The translations under genes were made by a program, and so were the position numbers. This document shows, piece by piece, positions 61,731 through 64,000 of a DNA stretch of 64,000 nt (position 1 is the stretch's first letter; every line of letters starts with the position of its first letter). The notes below the pieces were generated by a model that saw only the letters and a program-made list of their open reading frames with translations, was not told where the DNA came from and ran no database searches. Source of the DNA: Gemmatimonadota bacterium (lineage in GTDB: Bacteria; JBHIER01; G020348925); assembly GCA_020348925.1 (NCBI GenBank), contig CP070758.1:1382469-1446468 (forward strand), in the 5' to 3' direction.

Positions 61731-64000
61731 TTACTTTCTCAAGACCATACGCTTGGTATCTGTAAATCCGTCGGCGACCATGCGATAAAAGTACACCCCA
61801 CTGGATACTTGACTTCCATTCCAGCGAACCACATGGCGACCAGGGGACAGCTCGGCATCCACAAGAATCTCCACCACCTGTCCCAACACATTGTAAACCG
61901 TCACTGTTACCCTCGCGTTCTCAGGGAGATCGAAAGCGATCTCCGTCTCAGGATTGAAGGGATTGGGGTAGTTTTGAGACAGGGAAAAGATCCCTGGAAC
62001 GGATACCGACGACTTCGGAGACATACCTGCTTCAATCTGCGAGATAACATTGGTCCCAAAGTCAATGAGCATGGCGGCATCTTCCTCTGATATCTTCTTC
62101 CCGCTCTGAGCCTCGACGTAATTGATGAACGCCTCCAGTTGATTGACAGCCGATCCCTCATTGCCACTTTCCAAAGATGCTACCGCATTGTCCACTTTGG
62201 ATATCAAGGCGCTTTCGGTGCCCTGGGGTAACGCCAATTCTTCGATCACGGTTGGCATATCTTCCACACTGTCGATACACCCGTCACCGTTGGCATCTTG
62301 AGCGGTTGCATCCTCAAACGGACAGGCATCCTCACTATCGACAATCCCATCGTTATCATCATCCGGATCGCACGCATCACCGAGCCCGTCCTCGTCATAG
62401 TCAGCCTGATCGGGATTGAAAGTGATCGGGCAATTGTCCTCCATATCCTCAATCCCGTCGTTATCATCGTCCGGATCGCACGCATCGCCCAACCCGTCCT
62501 CATCATAGTCAGTCTGATCGGGATTGAAAGTGATCGGGCAATTGTCCACGTCATCCAATATGCCGTCCCCATCGTTATCGGTCACAACAGGAATCCCGAA
62601 GATGACGTATGTCTCACCGGCATCGTACCCCCCAGACTGATCTGCTCGATAGGCACCGATGATGAGGTCGTCATATCCATCTCCATTAAGATCTCCACAG
62701 GCCAGAGAACGTTCATAGCCCAAGAAGTCACCTCCGTCGTCGCCCAGAATACGGATGTCCTCTTCTCCTGAGGATAAATCAATCGTCGTCGGCAGGGCGG
62801 CAGAACCGTACACGACACACGTCTCACCTGCTTGGATCCCGCTGGAAGGGCTCGCCCCCGGTACTCCGATGACGATATCTTTATACCCGTCATGATTCAA
62901 ATCCCCACTCGCCTCCACGGAAAATCCCGCCCAATCCTCGGCATCATCGCCCAGGATACGAACATCTTCCTCGTTAAGTGCGAAATCGATTGTGGCCGGT
63001 AAGCTCTGAGAACCGTAGATCAGGTAGGCCTCACCGACACGATTGCGCTCGGGTTGATCGGCTGACCAAGCGCCAATAAGGATGTCATCGTAACCATCAC
63101 CGGTGATATCTCCACTCGAGACGAAACAGCCACAAAGATCTCCCATATCATCACCCAAGATGCGTACGTCCTCATCACCAGCATCCAAATCAAAGACTTC
63201 AGGAAGAAGTTGAGAACCATAGATCACATAAACCTCACCAGCGTTTATGATCCCGTTTGGATCTGCCCAATTGGCGGCGAGAACAAGATCGGAGTAACCA
63301 TCTCCATTGACGTCCCCGCTCGCAAGGAATCCACCCAATTGATCTCCGAAGTCATCACCCAGAACACGGACATCTTCTTCACCGTTGGCCAAGTCAATGG
63401 TTGCAGGCAAAGTGTCACCACCGTAAATCACATATGTTTCTCCCCCATCTGTGCGCCCGTCGGGATCAGCGTAGAGAGCACCAATAATGAGATCCTCGTA
63501 TCCGTCACCGTTTACATCCCCGGTGGTCTGAAAGGAGCCCATATAGTCATTCATGTCATCACCGAGTATGCGGATATTTTCCTCGCCATTGGCCAGATCA
63601 ATAGTATCAGGGAGGCTGTCGGAACCGTAAACAACATATGTTTCACCTGTATTCCCCACGCTGGGCCCGTCCCCTCCAATAGCTCCGATGACAATATCGT
63701 CATATCCATCACCATTCACGTCTCCGCTTGCCACTGTTCTGCCTGACCAGTCATTGGCGTCATCACCCAAAATTCGCACATCTTCCTCACCGTTGGCCAA
63801 ATCAATGGTTCCAGTCCCAGTAGCGGAACCGTAAATTACATACGTTTCACCGGCATCAGTCCGTCCCGCGGGATCTGCCGAATAGGCTCCGATGATGAGA
63901 TCATCGTACCCGTCCCCATTGACGTCACCACTCGCCACGGAGCCCGAGTAATCTCTGCCATCGTCACCCAGAATGCGCATGTTCTCCTGGTCAAGGTTGA
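61731..64000 (-). CDS. FG-GAP (integrin-alpha-like) propeller + TSP3 repeats + helical (FIMAH-like) domain + FlgD-Ig/T9SS-like C-terminal domain; probably 5'-partial
   Basis: Seven ~67-aa repeats 'ASGDVNGDGYDDLIIGA...GETYVIYG', duplicated TSP3 units, 'AVNQLEAFINYVEAQSGKKIS', and 'LSQNYPNPFNP...TKRMVLRK'. The frame is open to the window end. Confidence 0.85.
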   Translation of the reverse strand, partial: NLDQENMRILGDDGRDYSGSVASGDVNGDGYDDLIIGAYSADPAGRTDAGETYVIYGSATGTGTIDLANGEEDVRILGDDANDWSGRTVASGDVNGDGYDDIVIGAIGGDGPSVGNTGETYVVYGSDSLPDTIDLANGEENIRILGDDMNDYMGSFQTTGDVNGDGYEDLIIGALYADPDGRTDGGETYVIYGGDTLPATIDLANGEEDVRVLGDDFGDQLGGFLASGDVNGDGYSDLVLAANWADPNGIINAGEVYVIYGSQLLPEVFDLDAGDEDVRILGDDMGDLCGCFVSSGDITGDGYDDILIGAWSADQPERNRVGEAYLIYGSQSLPATIDFALNEEDVRILGDDAEDWAGFSVEASGDLNHDGYKDIVIGVPGASPSSGIQAGETCVVYGSAALPTTIDLSSGEEDIRILGDDGGDFLGYERSLACGDLNGDGYDDLIIGAYRADQSGGYDAGETYVIFGIPVVTDNDGDGILDDVDNCPITFNPDQTDYDEDGLGDACDPDDDNDGIEDMEDNCPITFNPDQADYDEDGLGDACDPDDDNDGIVDSEDACPFEDATAQDANGDGCIDSVEDMPTVIEELALPQGTESALISKVDNAVASLESGNEGSAVNQLEAFINYVEAQSGKKISEEDAAMLIDFGTNVISQIEAGMSPKSSVSVPGIFSLSQNYPNPFNPETEIAFDLPENARVTVTVYNVLGQVVEILVDAELSPGRHVVRWNGSQVSSGVYFYRMVADGFTDTKRMVLRK

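Noticed and set aside
63980-63990. ATG 63980 with a CAGGAG RBS-like sequence as the true start
   Set aside because: No signal peptide follows, and the upstream frame continues the repeat register (NLDQENMRILGDD vs DLANGEENIRILGDD). The gene probably starts outside the window.

Overview
A 64-kb fragment of a bacterial draft or metagenome assembly with four 100-N gaps. The many FlgD-Ig/T9SS-like C-terminal tags and Cys-containing dockerins suggest an FCB-group candidate lineage; this taxonomy is inference only. Left end (1-14.6 kb): large secreted modular proteins, two carrying three cohesin-like modules each, plus an AT-rich membrane-TPR gene. Middle (14.8-43.7 kb): mostly core genes. These are pilT with a partly decayed sigma54/HD-GYP signalling cluster, a two-subunit Fe-S hydro-lyase, rplU-rpmA, RNase G, a radical SAM fusion, a 2-oxoacid oxidoreductase operon with a PorD-GltD fusion, an ECF sigma/anti-sigma/HtrA-like operon, a pilin, an Fe-ADH and an Ntn hydrolase. 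Right (43.8-64 kb): an integron in the 'inverted' arrangement. It has an internally deleted intI, a putative attI and five clear attC sites. Its cassettes encode a trypsin-like protease, a restriction endonuclease, a flavodoxin-ferredoxin, a MazE-type antitoxin, an apparently ORF-less segment and a methyltransferase. The last cassette, an AT-rich S41 peptidase, is fused in-frame to a GC-rich PKD-LamG-TSP3-dockerin tail. More dockerin-tailed proteins, IS remnants and duplicated lipoprotein/FG-GAP genes follow. Main hypotheses: (1) a non-cellulosomal cohesin-dockerin surface complex, and (2) recruitment of integron cassette genes into it by tail grafting. Smaller observations are a secreted MerB-fold protein, an HtrA pseudoprotease, a zinc-ribbon bL38/DUF4295-like small protein and a candidate sRNA. 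All domain calls come from visual motif recognition, not database searches.
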